Shown: one piece after another, positions 45,801 through 58,043 of the stretch
How the letters are laid out: each line of letters starts with the position of its first letter
How positions within the stretch are numbered: the stretch's first letter is position 1
From: Monocercomonoides exilis PA203
Taxonomy: Eukaryota; Protista; Preaxostyla
DNA length: 64,000 nucleotides
Assembly: GCA_001643675.2 (NCBI GenBank)
Contig: LSRY02000013.1
Location: 1,364,001 to 1,428,000, forward strand
Direction: 5' to 3'
Notes under the pieces: generated by a model
Databases searched by the model: none
Told to the model about the DNA's origin: nothing
What the model saw: the letters and a program-made list of their open reading frames with translations, nothing else
Program-made: the position numbers and the translations under genes

Positions 45801-46081
45801 AAAAAGATTCCATTGTTCCCATCAATCAACATTTACGTTGGCCAGAAGGCCATGAAACAGAGAAAGCAAGAGAAGAGATCTCACAACCAGACCATATTGA
45901 AGAACCAGATGATAATGAGTCTCAATCCATCCACAAAAAGCAATCAAATACCACGAACAATGAAAACAAGAAAGACGAAAATGAAATCATCGAAGAAAAA
46001 TGCATCCAGTTCATTATTCGAACAAGATCACAGAGACGAAAAGAAATGATGGAAAGAGAAAATTCAGAAAGTAATCCATAA
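42767..46081 (+). CDS. DIRS tyrosine recombinase ORF (YR domain in ~44760-45720) with a long N-terminal frame overlapping pol
   Basis: MWNP, SACRFTEL, LKT, ICPATAV, YTLKHAS, ARL..S..VIKHY. The frame is open for 1104 codons. Confidence 0.88.
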   Translation: MLQVSLQEDNQGSENTNRRNEQHSTARRSPTRGNGWRKNLFISRRMGKNLRGTNYWERSNPCMEEQSREGITQENRSIQPFGASESRSPTSLFRDDQEGTGNKYHQADSGEGCEAFESSFCNQKERRWLEANRGLPKTQQCYQDDLLQARRPQNSGENYTRKGLRSHIGLEPSLLSYKSQRRIITIPFVRFQRKILRFPRNAFRIQRCASNVHKSDEESSKIHEGGMECESHCIPGRYCSSSSRPAGTQYYCGENSFDVQQIGTVAQFGKMSFNSKSAVQIFGLPMGYQSVCGTDRGIEENRADERVQEMEEDCPEQQSCFDKEVCLVDRETERNKIRVSRSLPEFVTTVQTPKQSFESEWMARKNARECIDNKLPHEVERKAERESIKEIESSVSTGSSSYNRCIRVCHRRNTKSQQSNAGLLQTSSSSSQKPKFKLQRAIRYQSSHRAFLKFHSKSRNKKSTYSIRQHNSSLQSESMGSRSESQNPSEENMESNPSAESSCESSTYSRREKRQSRWPIEIGKRRRLRSRTRSTRRDHQSASDAHHTRCVRNKRKHKINEMVRTRKQFKSRRVTNFLEKRDSSCASTGSFDSSSDPKSSDGESSSSSSSSRLERSDMGTSTEQHKSHLLDMEENGGDNKGRKMDEANECYASTRKTEDMPNQSITEKGESWWNEILASRSMSRELAEECKNSVASATWMGYTYGFAHFKDKWDQLKFKDIPSKFQIWQKRCLDVFVALKNNGMKASSLRIVRSAISFLTSVLYGKSLGENTLISILFRSFRRSECRKKKRQDDMWNPQQLFTHIETIGKNENLSFSQLTRKTICLCMMFSACRFTELERINLKESEIDKQSINLNTSLKTGLEKSNIVIPFLDKESLICPATAVKDLWDRVKIHNPASYKLFLSSSTYDPMNARAIRKAASEMMKDARIPSNYSPYTLKHASISALTMAGTPVEQVAKFARLSPSSNTVIKHYFKSNISNKMAQIISSNQETKKAIQQPSTIPPSISTPDEKDSIVPINQHLRWPEGHETEKAREEISQPDHIEEPDDNESQSIHKKQSNTTNNENKKDENEIIEEKCIQFIIRTRSQRRKEMMERENSESNP
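43008..44762 (+). CDS. DIRS pol (RT, RNase H, methyltransferase-like); homologous frame extends upstream past a TGA at 42915
   Basis: WRQIVDCRRLN, LDLSQAYY, MPFG, YLDDIVL, FLG; TTDASG, SNYREL, SDN, HIPGERNVRADGLSR; DAFA, HPPVPLI, PDWKGQIW. Confidence 0.93.
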   Translation: MEHQSQEAQQAFSEMIKKELETNIIKPIQEKDVKHLNPVFVIRKKDGGWRQIVDCRRLNNAIKTIYYKQEDHRTVEKIIQEKDYAVTLDLSQAYYLIKVSEELSPFLSFVFKGKYYAFHGMPFGYKDAPRTFTKVMRKVLKYMREEWSVRAIAYLDDIVLLHQDPQELNIIVEKTLSMFNKLGLLLNSEKCHLIPSQQFKFLGFQWDTNQFVVQIEESKKTELMKECKKWRRIAQNNRVVSIKKFASLIGKLNATRFVYQEASLNLSQLYKLLNKALSLNGWQGKMRVNASITNCLMKWSERLKENQSRRLNPVFRPEAVLTTDASGFAIGATLKVNNQMLDFYKLLPPPVRNQSSNYRELFAINQAIAHFSNSIQNQEIRNLLIRSDNTTAVYNLNRWGAGPNLRTLLKKIWNQTQALKVVVKAQHIPGERNVRADGLSRLAKGGDYEVEQEALEEITNQLQMHITLDAFATKENTKSTRWCGPGSNLSQDGLQISWKNETVLAHPPVPLIPAVIRKAAMEKARVLLLLPDWKGQIWEPLLNNTNHISWTWRRTEEIIREGRWMKQMNATLPPGRLRICLINP

Positions 46082-46097
46082 CGCCCAATTACTACAA

Positions 46098-46200
46098 ACT
46101 CTCAGATCGAAGAGAAGAAAGTGAATGAATGTTTTCTTGCAAATCAAAATGCTTGCGTTTTGATTGAAAAAGAAAATATGAAATTCACTTTCTTCTCTTC
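46098..46200. repeat. DIRS internal complementary region (ICR)
   Basis: 46098-46165 is the reverse complement of the left terminus 41871-41938. 46166-46200 is the reverse complement of the right terminus 46402-46436. Confidence 0.95.
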
Positions 46201-46436
46201 ACCCACCGCGTTTTCACTCCCACCCTGTGAAGAAAGCTTTAAGCAAGTTCCAGATGCAATACCAACCCAAAACCCATTTTGAAACCCATTTCACCTTTTT
46301 CTCTTCAAGCGCAATTTGTATTTTCACGCGCATTTTCCACACTTCACTTTTTTAAACTAGATTCGCTTGGGTGACTAACCCTTAAGTGATACTCTCAGAT
46401 CGAAGAGAAGAAAGTGAATTTCATATTTTCTTTTTC

Positions 46437-48640
46437 AAAAAAAAACACCAATTTTTGTTGTCTGTTGAAGGAGTTGAAGAAGATGTTGATAAATGAAATG
46501 AAATGAAATGGATGTGAACAGATGACATTTTTCCATCAGAATTGTGAATGAAAAATGAAATGAAGACCCACCTATTAATTGATCTGCTCAGAGGAAGGAA
46601 AGCGAAAGAATTTATTTTTGGTTCATGTGGTGGAATTGTTGAATTGTTGGACAAAAATACATCAGAGGATTGATGATTAATTAAAGAAGTGACAGAAATC
46701 GACAAAAATGTTGAAGATGGAAAAATCAAAAAGAAAATGAAGGAAAATGACGAGGAGGGGGAAGAAGAAGAAGAAGAAGAAAAATCTGAAAGAGAAATGA
46801 AAAGAAATGAGTTCGATGATGCTCCTCAGAAATAGCAAATCAACAAAGGCGAACAAGAATCATCTGATGAAAATGCATTCATCATGCACAGATTCAAATT
46901 TCATAATAGTGAACAGCAACAACAGACAGTAGTTTCTTTGTGTGTTGCATCATGAGAATTTGATGGCTATTCAAACAACAAATTCTCAAATACAAAGAAG
47001 ACCTTCTTTCCACCAGCTTTGTTAAAAAAACAATCGTTAATGAAGAAATCAAAAAAGAATGAGACTGAAAAGAAACCATTTAATCAACAAAAATGCAACT
47101 TTCGATGAATTGTCTCCTGGGAATGACGTTCAAAATAAAAAATTCTGTTGGTTTAATGGAATAATAATTTTTTAAAATTACATAAAAAATAATTAGTTTT
47201 GCATTGATGAAAAAAATCCTTCAAAAGAACACACATGCTTTTCCTGTTACAAAAACAGAAGATTGTCCAATCACTGATACTGTCAATCTCATTTTTCTTG
47301 TTTCCATGCTCCTTTTTCCGTCATCCTTTTTCACCCTAAAATATCATTCTTTCTATGTTTTCATTCACATTTTATTCTGAAAAAAATATCTCCGAATTTA
47401 TTCTTTTCAAGAGCCTTCCAATTGTTGGCGTTCATTCTTTCAACTTCATCCATATTCTTTGAAATCGAATTTGTTTTTCTTCTCATCTCCCAATTGAATA
47501 AGGAAAATATGCAATTCCCATCTGCTGATTGTATCTCAGCATCCGACTCTCTTCTGATGTTCCCCTCAGAAAGGCAATGGATTGTTCATAAACATCATTT
47601 ATCAGATTCTTGGACTCTGAGAAGGCCACAGATGGAAACATCTTCAAAATGAACAAGAACAATAATATATGCAAACATGCAAATATTTTGATTTTTTGAA
47701 AATAGCTGAATTTCTTTCCAAGATGCTTATCTTTACAATCATCTTGCCCAATTCCATCAACGATGTCCCTCCTTCGCTGTCTCGTTCCTTCAAGCAAATT
47801 ATAACTGCCCATTTTGCATAAATTATTCATTCATCGATTTCTCATTCATCCTGTTGCAATTCTTGCACAAAATATTGCTTTTGATCAAAGCATCCATAAC
47901 AACAATACTGAAAAGATATTGTGTTATTTCTCTTTGTTGCACCTTCTCAAAAATGCAAATGAAAAAAGACACGGAATGGATAAATATTTTTTCGTTTCTA
48001 TTTTGATAATTTATTTTTCACCAATTTCTTCCATCTGTTCATATGCGAATTCAATGTTAATGATAAAAATGGAATTGTATTTTGAATGCAATGGATTTTC
48101 AAAAATGCAGAAGACGAACAACACAAAAAAGTTCACAGGTCTTCAATTGCAGTTGCATTTGAATTTTTGATTATCGTAATTTTTTCTTTGTTTTTCTTTC
48201 TTTCTTTTTTTTTCATCAAAGAATTGTTTTCTGAACTGGAGCATTGCAATGAGGAAGATCAAAAGCAGAAAATTGAAGAATTGAATGGAATGATTGATGA
48301 AATGGATGGAATTGAAATTCATCGGACTTTCACAAAAGAATTGTTCAACAAAATTGACAAAATGATTGAAGAAAAGAAAACATCTGTGGAAAATATCATA
48401 AGATTGTTAAAGCATGTTGGATTTTGCAAAGTTCTTTTGAACTTGTGGTGTTATGGCTTTTATTGTTCTTCACTGTCCATGAGATTTGAGAAAATGATTG
48501 TTGATGAAAATAAGAAAAAAGAAGAAAAGAACGAAAAGCTTCTTGTTGACCTTTGTGAATGCTATCTTTTGTTTGTCAACATATTAAATGCAGAATTGAT
48601 ACCTATTTGTATGTCTTGCCTTTTAAAGTTGCATTAAAGA
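46437..48640. repeat. Copy B of the ~2.2-kb direct duplication
   Basis: Begins AAAACACCAATTTTTGTTGTCTG as at 39671 and stays colinear with copy A. Confidence 0.92.
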
Positions 48641-49522
48641 AAGAAGAAAACGAAGATGTGCGAAAAGAAGTGGAATTGGCACTGCTGGCTTTGAAAAATA
48701 TCGGGATGTAGGTGGTGTGCGTTATTCGTTTATTTATTTATTGAACTGTTTTTGGTAGGAAATAGAAAAAGAACAATATCTGAATGAAATCAACGAGAAC
48801 ATCCATTTTCATCAGGAGAATCACAATCTCACAAAGCTTGCCTATCAGTGTGCTTGGGAGTTTATGATAAAGAGATTTGACAACAACAACAGTTTGGGGA
48901 AAGTGGTTGTGAATGAATTGCATTTTGTGAGAGAGGCAGCAAGAAAACTTGAAGAATTATCAAAATGTGTTGATTGGACGAGAAAAAAAAAAGAAAATGG
49001 AGGAAAAGAAGAGAGAAAAGAGTTTCTTTTGATGGGATGGATACATATTTTGGAGTATTTCTTTAACTCCTGAAAATTGTGGAGCGAGGAATTTGTAGAG
49101 CTAATAGAAAGCATCATTCGAGTATTTCAAGCGTCAAGGGATAATTACAGAGATATTCGCAATCAATGTATTTCTTTGTTTGAAGCAGCATTGAATGGCA
49201 GTGCCATTGAAGTCCACGACTTGTTGAAAGGAAGAGCCGTTGATATTGTTTTGGAGGAAATTTATAGGCAAACGCAAAATGACAGAATGACATATGATGG
49301 CATGAGATTTTTCAATTCAGTTTCACAGCGATTGAAAGAGGTGGAGAAAAATGAGAAAAAAGAAGCGAAAAGAAAATCAGCCAAAATGGAGTTTTTTGAA
49401 AAGATGAAAGAGGAAGGATATGAATATATCATCACAAGCTTTCATGAAATATTTGATTTTTAAAAGGTGAATTTGGTCCAGAATTATCGTTGAACATTTT
49501 AGATTATTTTGTGAATGCATGA
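48105..49522 (+). pseudogene. Full-length but frameshifted member of the same helical expanded family
   Basis: Paralog of 41336. Continues VVVNELHFVREA..CVDW..., with a frameshift at ~48630 and a stop at 49071. Confidence 0.75.
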
Positions 49523-50507
49523 TGAAATGAAATGTTAAGAATTAGGTAACTCAAAACTTTTATTTTCATTTTTGCATCCATTCACAAAATCAAAATCAAA
49601 CAGTCATTTAAGTTTCATAAAAATATCTTTTTTTTTCACTCCTTGAAAAGAATCAAAAAGCAACAATGTTCAAAAATATAAATCAACATGGGAATTCTTA
49701 TTGATATCATATATATTTAATCACAAAATTCAGTTAGATAATTTGTTTTGAATATTGTTAAAATCGGAAATAATCGCATAGGGCTTAGAACAACTTTTTG
49801 TGTTTTAATCCGATTGTGATTATATGCGATCTGACTTTAATAAGGCAAAAATTGTAAATGCTTTATTTATAAATTTCTTGAAAGGAAATTATTTTATTTT
49901 CAGAAATTTATCGCTAATATCCATTTTGGAAAAGCGACAACCGTATTATTATTTTGTTTTATTCAATAATTTTGACTAATCTGAACACTTATTTAAAATG
50001 TTGAAATTTTGAAATTTGAGATTGAAAAATCGAATTTTCACAGAAAAAATTACACTTGGTGAATGTTATTGTGATTGCGGACAATTATCCATGAAAATAC
50101 TTAAAGCAAATAAAACTTTTTTTCCAACAGTTTTTTTTCAAAAACCAAAAAAAGTTCCAATATTGATTGAGTTCCATTTGAAAGTTCACCATAAACATTT
50201 GTCAAATGAAGAAGACGATTAATTCGCTAACATCGTTTAATATCCGATACTGACAGAAAATTGTTGTTTACAAAATAATAGAAACATTTTCACTTATCAT
50301 TTTAAAAAATACAATTTCATTTATTGTTCACCAAACAAAATAGTTTTTTAACCTTGTAAATGATTCTTTAATCTTTGATTTATTGACATAAATAAAATTT
50401 AGGAAAAAATAAAGGTTCGTTAAGTTTCCACACAAAAAATTAAACATGAAAAATTCGAATTCCAAAAGTTCAAAAAAACCTGTATTTTTACAAACATGGA
50501 ATTAAGA

Positions 50508-51420
50508 ATGTCAAGATCACAATCACTGAAAAAGCAGCTGGAAATAAAAAGGCTTCATGCAATAGGTTTTAGTCAAAATGCAAAAGCGAGAATAACAAAA
50601 CCATCTTGTGAATCCATATTAAAAAACATAAACACAAAAAACCTCATTTCACAAAGAATTTTCAAGTGCTAACATGGATGTCCCACATTTCTAACAAGAA
50701 AAACAGAAACATCGTCAAGAAAGCAGTGAATGAAAAATTGACTAATAGAGCAAGAGATATACCAAAGGAGACTTGCTTTCATTGTGGATTTACAACTGCT
50801 GGACTCCTGTTGAATAATGCCCCATCCAAGTACACTATACGAAAAAAGAAACCATTTGAAACAAAATATTCGAAACAACAGAGAAAGGACTTTGCTGAGA
50901 TTCATCAAAGAGATGATAATAAATAGAAGCACACTTATTTTGCAGATGTGAGAAAATTCAACCTCGATAAACAATACAGCAGTAGGATGACATGTGTTCC
51001 TTTGAATGATCCTGTTTCTTTTTATTACCAAAGTCAAATTTCGAAACAAAAACTGAGTGCGTGTGGTGCGGTTGGGATGGATTTCAAAAGTAATCTGTGA
51101 ATATTCGAAAATACTATTAATTAATTTTGATTATGTTAATGTTTTGAAACACGCTCCAAAACTGCAAGCTGATGTCAAGTGGAACTTTTTCTGGAGATTC
51201 GTTCATGATAATGCACCAATTCATAAATCAAAGCTCGAAAAAAAATACTGTGAAAACAATCGAATTCACACCATTCCATGGCCACCGTTCTCTCCAGATC
51301 TTTATCCAATTAAAAATGAATGGAAAATGTGAAGCGATAGCCTCTATGAAGTAGAAATCCTAAAAACATCCATATCAGATTCGAAATATAGTCTCACAAC
51401 AAATTAGAAAAGAATGCCTC
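50508..51420 (+). pseudogene. Tc1/mariner transposase relic
   Basis: FAD.RKFNLD, then FVHDNAPIHKS...PWPPFSPDLYPIKNEW (Tc1 DNAxxH...WPxxSPDLNPIExxW). Many stops and frameshifts. TIRs not found. Confidence 0.85.
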
Positions 51421-51451
51421 CATTCATGACTAATAATACAATTTTGTATAT

Positions 51452-51474
51452 GGGTGATTATTTTTGATATCATA
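51452..51474. mobile_element. Solo left terminus of the Sola-like TIR family seen at 19068
   Basis: GGGTGATTATTTTTGATATCATA, preceded by ATAT. No partner TIR seen in the window. Confidence 0.65.
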
Positions 51475-54094
51475 AAAAATTACGAAGTTTGATCAAAAAT
51501 TTTTTCATAATGGGTCTGGTCGAAAAGAAAATTGAAAATGATGATCATGATAATTGATTGCTTTAAAAATAATTTTTATTATTTATTTGTTGATAAAAAT
51601 TTGTTTCTCATAATTTTTATTACAAATTTAGAAAAAAACATATTATTCTTATTCAAATAATATCAAAACTGAAGCAAACAGAACGAAATGCTCGTTCAAA
51701 CGTTAATAAAACATGATAATTATTATTACAATGCGTTATTAATCTATTTCTTATTTAAATATTTGTAAAATAATGTTACTGCAAAGAAATTATAAAATTT
51801 ATTTTGTAGATCATAAAATTTTTGTTGTTAACAAAAAATTTTCAAAACAAACATTGTCAAATTTGATAGTAACAAAAGGCATTAATCGAATAAACAACAA
51901 TTTGTTGTTTATACATGTTAAAAACAAACAATTCTTTTTTAAAAGTCATTTTGAATAATTGATCAACGTTGTCAAAAGAAATATAAGAAAAAATCTATGA
52001 AATTCATGCTCCACTTTAAACACTGAAAAAGATTTCACCTTGCAACCATTCTCGCATCATTTTCCTCATCTTTAAACCTTCCGCACTCCACTCATTCTCA
52101 TTTCACTTCTTTTTTTATCATTTTATATCTAGACATTCACCCCTTCAGCTTCTTTCCTTTTGTCGCACTGATTCTTTTCCATGCAGGTTCTGCAAACACT
52201 CCTATCGTCTGCGATGGCTGATGAAGAAGAAGGGCGTGTGCCCATTGATCCAACTGCATCTCCGCTGTCTCCTTGAATGGCCTATTTCTCCACATCGCAG
52301 CTGCATCCACTTTCACCGTACTTGTATCTCATCTATTTGCTTTCTCTTTCTTCGCTGATTCTTCACTAGTGGCAGTCTTCCCGTCTGCTCTGACCAGCTC
52401 AACAGCTTCGAGGCTGAGTGCCTCAGAACCCAGAACAGCCTTCGCTTTTGACCCATCAAACATCTGCAACATTGTGAGTTCAGGTGACAGAAAGGTTCTT
52501 GTGTGCACAATCCGTGGAAGCGAAGATACTGTTGAGGGCTGACAGCAATGATGCGCCTTCATAACGATTATTCACTGCTTGTTTCATCGGCACACATCTT
52601 CACACAGTGCATATGCTCCCATTCAATAATCATAGGCATTGACCATTTATCGATTGGAAAAAGCGTGAAAGCGACCCTTCCATCCCTCTCTTTATCTCCA
52701 CCTCCACTTAGCATTGAATGATTCCTTCGTGGCTAAGGATTTATTTCTCAGATGCCCAAAATCCCTAACCAAATCAACGAGTCCTTCTTTTCCATCAACG
52801 TCATCAAGCCCCCTCTTTCCAAAAATACCTTTATCTGCGGCTCCGACTCCTGCTCTCCCGCCCTCGACACCGATCCCGATGTCTATATCCTCCCCTTTCA
52901 TCACCTTCTTCCGCTCCCACCAGATATTCCTCTACCAAGACACGCACCATCTTCAATGTCCGATTCCAATCAGTAACTGAAAGCCTTGTTCTTGTTCACT
53001 TCACCTCAGATATTCCGTTTTTGTTGAGTTTCTCAGCGCTTCACTCATATAAAAGCCGGATCTCCTTCCGTTCCTCTTTATCGTCCATATGCTATTCTGT
53101 CTTCAACCTTGATGAATAATATTTTGATGTATCTCTCTTACTTCTTTTCATTCGCTGGCCTGTTCTTTTACCTCAATTCTGAACTGCTATATGCTTGCAA
53201 GGGAGCACTTCACTTCTCAAAACCTGCTCTTCGTGATCGCACATCCTCCTGATTCTTTCTCTTCCACATCATCCTTTCCTCTTTCAACGCTGCCTCGTCC
53301 TCGCTTGTGTTCGATGATAGCTCTGACAGCTCGGTAGAACATCTAATCGCTACAGATCTCGTAATTGTTGTTAAAGAAATATTCCTTCATACTTTGATCC
53401 AAATCGATCAGAAAGCTCCTTTATTTTGATGCGCTTTATCTTTACTATCATTTTTCTCGACCAGCTCTGTAGAAGCATGCTTGTAGGCCACTTTCAACTC
53501 ACCAACGACATCCTCTCCATCCTGAATTACCCCTCCACGCTCCGCAATCTTATCTGCTCCAACACCTGTGTTCTAAACATCGCCTCACTCAATGGAGGAC
53601 GCGGCATTCCACTTGATACATCCTTGTTGCTCCTCAAAAGCGGATATGCTCTCTTCTGCGTTGCTTCTCAACACCCTCCCCCACTCTTTGTTGCTGTACT
53701 CCAAGGCGCTCATGAAAAAGAAGCATCATACAAAATGATTCAGATATTCAAAGAACTCTTCTTTCTTCGTTGTCGCTTCCTGTTCTGGACCGTTATCGTC
53801 TTTTATTCCAACTTCTCCCCCTTTCCATTTAACTTTTGCATTTTTCAAATCTCTTAATTTTTTTCAATCTGATTTCCATTCATCATTTTTTGCCAATACA
53901 TGCTCTTCTTTCTCTTAATCTTCATTCTCTTCATCATCTCGTCAATCTTCTCATTTTCAACGTGTTTCTTTTTTTCACAAATGCCTTCTATATTCAAAAA
54001 TATATCTTATTCAGATGACAAAAATGAAGAAATCCAATTAACTGAAGTGAGAGATGATGATTAAAAAGCATTGTAATGATGTTTATGCACACAA

Positions 54095-54466
54095 AGAAGA
54101 AGAAAAAAAAGAAAAAGAGGAAGACGAAGAAGACGAAGAAGAAGTGGAAGAAGAAGAAGAAGAAGACGATGAAGAAAAAGAAGAAGAAGAAGAAAAAGAA
54201 GAAGAATTTAATTGAGGAGAAGAGGAAGAGGAAGAGGAAGAGGAAGAGGAAGAGGAAGAGGAAGAGGAAGAGGAAGAGGAAGAGGAAGAGGAAGAGGAAG
54301 AGGAAGAAGAAGAGGAAGAGGAAGAGGAAGAGGAAGAAGAAGAAGAAGAAGAAGAAGGAGAATGAAGAGAAGAAGAAGAGGAGGAGGAGTAGGAAGAGGA
54401 AGAAGAAGAAGAAGAAGGAGAATGAAGAGAAGAAGAAGAAGAGGAGGAGGAGGAAGAAGAAGAGGA

Positions 54467-54497
<31 letters not shown>

Positions 54498-54635
54498 TGA
54501 AGAAGAAGAAGAAGAATGAGAATGAGAATGAGAAGAAGAAGAAGAAAAGGAAGGAGAGGAAGAAGACGACGAAGACGACGAAGACGACGAAGACGACGAA
54601 GACGACGAAGACGACGAAGACGACGAAGAAGAAGA
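54095..54635. repeat. Compound polypurine microsatellite: (GAA)n, (GAGGAA)n, (GAGAAT)n, (GAAGACGAC)n
   Basis: Direct reading; poly-Ser on the minus strand. Confidence 0.95.
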
Positions 54636-54639
54636 TAAA

Positions 54640-57600
54640 TTCGAGACTGACAAATAAGATTCTTCAATGAAAGAGATATGCGTTGCATTTGGACACTCAT
54701 CAGCAGCTTGGACTTTCTCTGCATCAGAAGAAGAATCCACAAAAAAGCATAGTATAATGAACACTGCAACAATCAATTAACCATGAATAATATTTGATGG
54801 AGGATGATACAAAAAGAGTTCTAATTCTTGCAATTTCGTTGTTTTGGCAGCCACTCCATCAAATTGTTCAGATCGATAAGAATTAGTCTATTCGTTCAGC
54901 GCTTTTTTGAACGATTTTGGTGCTTGCATGTTTGTGGCATCCTTCTCAGTATCTTCTTCTTCACTCTCTCTCTCACTCTCTTCTTCTTCTAAGTTTCCTT
55001 TTCTAACTTTTTCAAGTTCTTTGTAACTTCCGTTTTTTAATTTCTTTTTTTCCCCACTTTCATCTGCCTTGATTGCAATTCACCACCATCTCTCTCATCT
55101 CCTCGATCTCCTTCATCTTATAAATCATCCTTTTCCCTCTTCATTTACTTCTCTTTCTGTTTCTTTCGATCTGTTCACTCAACAAAATGAATCAGAATTC
55201 CCGTGATTGTTAATAAATAAGGTTCATCTTTCCCTTTTGCCTCTGGTTCAACAGAACTCCCAATCTGACAACCAGCACTTCTTCTGTGTTAATGAATACA
55301 AACAGAATAAGTACAAAGCAAACCAAGTGGAAAAGCAGAGGAATAAAGAAAAGAAAAAGAAGAATGGGAAAGTTGCTGCTTATTCCGTGCCTATGAATGC
55401 TTCCGGAGTTACAGTGGCGAACAGCAGAAAAGGAAAAATGAATTTCTGGAGGATGAGCAAAGTCGCCTTTCCTGCCAAGCACTATCTGAAAGTTGCTGAA
55501 TTCTTCTAATTGAGTCGCCGAATCAAGTTTATTGTTATCACTCAAGTTGCCAAGCTGATTCATCCCATTCATTTCTCCATCGCATTTTCTTTTTGAAAGA
55601 AAATCACTTGACAAAGCAGTTATTTCTTCTGCACTCTGCATCTTCTCCTCTTTCACCTGTTCTCTGCATCTCCTTCTTCAAAGCGCGTTCTGTTCCGCCA
55701 TGTTGCTTTCTCCTACTCCTGCTCCACGTCTGCCTGCTCAAAGATATTTTCTACAAATTTACATCTCGCCAGCTCTTTTTACGAGTGCATAAAACGTGTT
55801 TCGTCTTGCCACTCAACCAGATGCAGCGAACGAGAACTTATCATATACGCATTCACGTGAATCAGATGATGACGATAGCCTTCATAACGAGAAGAAGAGA
55901 AGATTTTTCGCTTTTATTTGTGTCAGGTTTATCAAAACTTGCAAGTGATGATGATGTTGACGTACCTCTTTTGTGATCTATTTTGTGAATAAAAGGCGCT
56001 CTCTGTTCTTTTTTCATTCTCATCCCTTGTGCTCCCTTTGGAGTTATATAAGTCAGTCCTTTTTCTGTCTTTCCTTTGTTTTCCTCCTTTTTCTCCTCCT
56101 TCTCCTTCTCTTCCTCTTCCTCTCCATACTGACCATATCCAATCTACGAAGCACAAACCACAAAGTTGCCTATTGTAAATTCACTTGGCTGCGTTATCAG
56201 TAATTGTCGCACTTGATTCGTTCTGAAGATGCAGGTTGAGCCAAAATCCATTCGAACATCTCGTTCTGCCGACTGCCGCGCGTGTGGAGGATAATCTGAA
56301 TCATCTGAAAAGTCGTTTGCTTCGTCGTTTTCTTCGTCTTTTTCATCTTCGCTCGCTTCGTGGAAGGAGTCTGAAAAAGAAGATCGATGGTGAGAATAAA
56401 TTTGTGGAGAAAAAGAAGCAGATAATGATGGTGTATTCCGATGATTTCTTGTATCTATGTCCTGCGCTTGTGACGAATTCTGTTTGTGTTCCTTTTGCTT
56501 CGCCTTCTTTTCTGTATTTTGTTTTCATTCATCATTAAGCCTATTTTCCACAGTGTCTTTGATCACCTGCTCTCGAAAGTGGCTCGATTCACACCCGTGA
56601 AAATTATCTTTTTGCGGCTTGCCCAGTTCTTCCTTCTCTTCTTTCTATCTCTTCTGTTTTGCACTTTCTTCGTATCTTCGCTTTTTGTGTTCTGAATCAC
56701 TCATTACTCCTTCTTCCTCTTAATATTTATCTCATCTTCCTCTATCTTCCTCCTCTTCCTCTCCATTTCCATCCCCCTCTTTTCTTCTCTTTCTCTTTCT
56801 CGCTCTTCTCATCTGTTTCCCTGCCATTTCTCTTCACTGCTACTTGTTCTGAAAGATGCCGTGCTTTCCCACTGCCACGACGCCTTCAAGCATGCCAACA
56901 ACCACTCCGCTCACGAAACATTCGGAGGAAAAACGAGAAGTCGAATCGAAGCTCATCTCCGGTTCCGTCTTCATCACGCTCATCGCTTCTGACCGAGAGT
57001 CGGTGGTGGATTTGGAAGAAGAAGAAGAAGAGGAAGAGGAAGAGGAATATAAGGAAGAAGGAGAAGGCATGTGATGTGGTTTTGCCTCGTTTGTTGAAAA
57101 AGGAGAAGTGCATTTTTGAGGTTATTGAAGATCGAGAATTTTGAAGATGAATGCATATAATTATCAACTGAGAAATTCATTGAAATTCTCTTCTTCAGGA
57201 TTTTGTCTTCTTCTGGCAAATAATAGCCTCTGAATCATTTTCACTTTCAGCTCAATCCTCTTTCTCTCTCTCAAACAAAAAATACAAAGCACGCTTCAAT
57301 CTCTTTTTCATTCCATCTCTTCCACATTCGCTTCCATTCTTTCACAAAAAATCGTCTTTTCTCAAAAACTAATTCTTTGCCAAAGCCCAATTCCAGACAT
57401 CTTCGAAATTTCTTGAATTTCGTCTGCTCGTCTTTATTTGTTCTTCCCCACTTTTCTTCTTCAAAGCCATTAATTCTTCGCTCTTTCAACATCCTGAATA
57501 AAAAAATAACAATAATCACTTCAAAAAAAAAAAAAAAATAACAACAGCAAACCTTCTAAACATTTTTATAGGCAATTTCAATATTTTATTCCGTTGGCAT

Positions 57601-58043
57601 CTGTTTCCCTCCAATAAAAATTCATAATTCCTTTCGTTTTCAAATATTTCATCATCTGATTCGCAAATCGTCTTTTCCAGAAGTCATTTTTCCATTAAAT
57701 GCATCGATTTCTGGTTCTTCTGAAAAATGTGAAACTTATGTATTTTCTTCAATTTCATCTTTCTCATTGAAAAATATCCTTGTTTCTCGTCTGAAAATAT
57801 CATCTCCAATTCCCTTCCCAATCCCTTCACCCTGGGTACTTTTCGTATGAATTCGCTGGCTCAACTCGATGGTCAGCCTGCACAATGAGATATCCCGTTT
57901 TCATTCATTTTCATTCTTTTTGACCTGCTGCCCCTAAAACAACACAAAAAAAATATCAACAGGTTAACATTCATATATAGAAAAATAAATAAAAACCAAA
58001 CTACCTTCTCTGCCTTTTTATTAGCAATTATTCTTTTCCTCAT
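54640..58043 (-). pseudogene. Decayed multi-exon, E/K/S-rich hypothetical gene
   Basis: ATG exon MRKRIIANKKAEK followed by a GT donor at ~58004. Intron-like spacers and charged coding-like blocks with scattered stops. Confidence 0.35.

Larger units (their letters stand above)
41871..46438 (+). mobile_element. Nearly intact DIRS1-like retrotransposon with ITRs and internal complementary region
   Basis: Perfect 49-bp ITR core 41910-41958 / 46371-46419 with unique terminal extensions. ICR at 46098-46200. gag, pol and YR ORFs. Confidence 0.96.

Noticed and set aside
53994-54776. Poly-K/R, RG-repeat, poly-F and LRR-like ORFs
   Set aside because: These are translations of a stop-free microsatellite in several frames.
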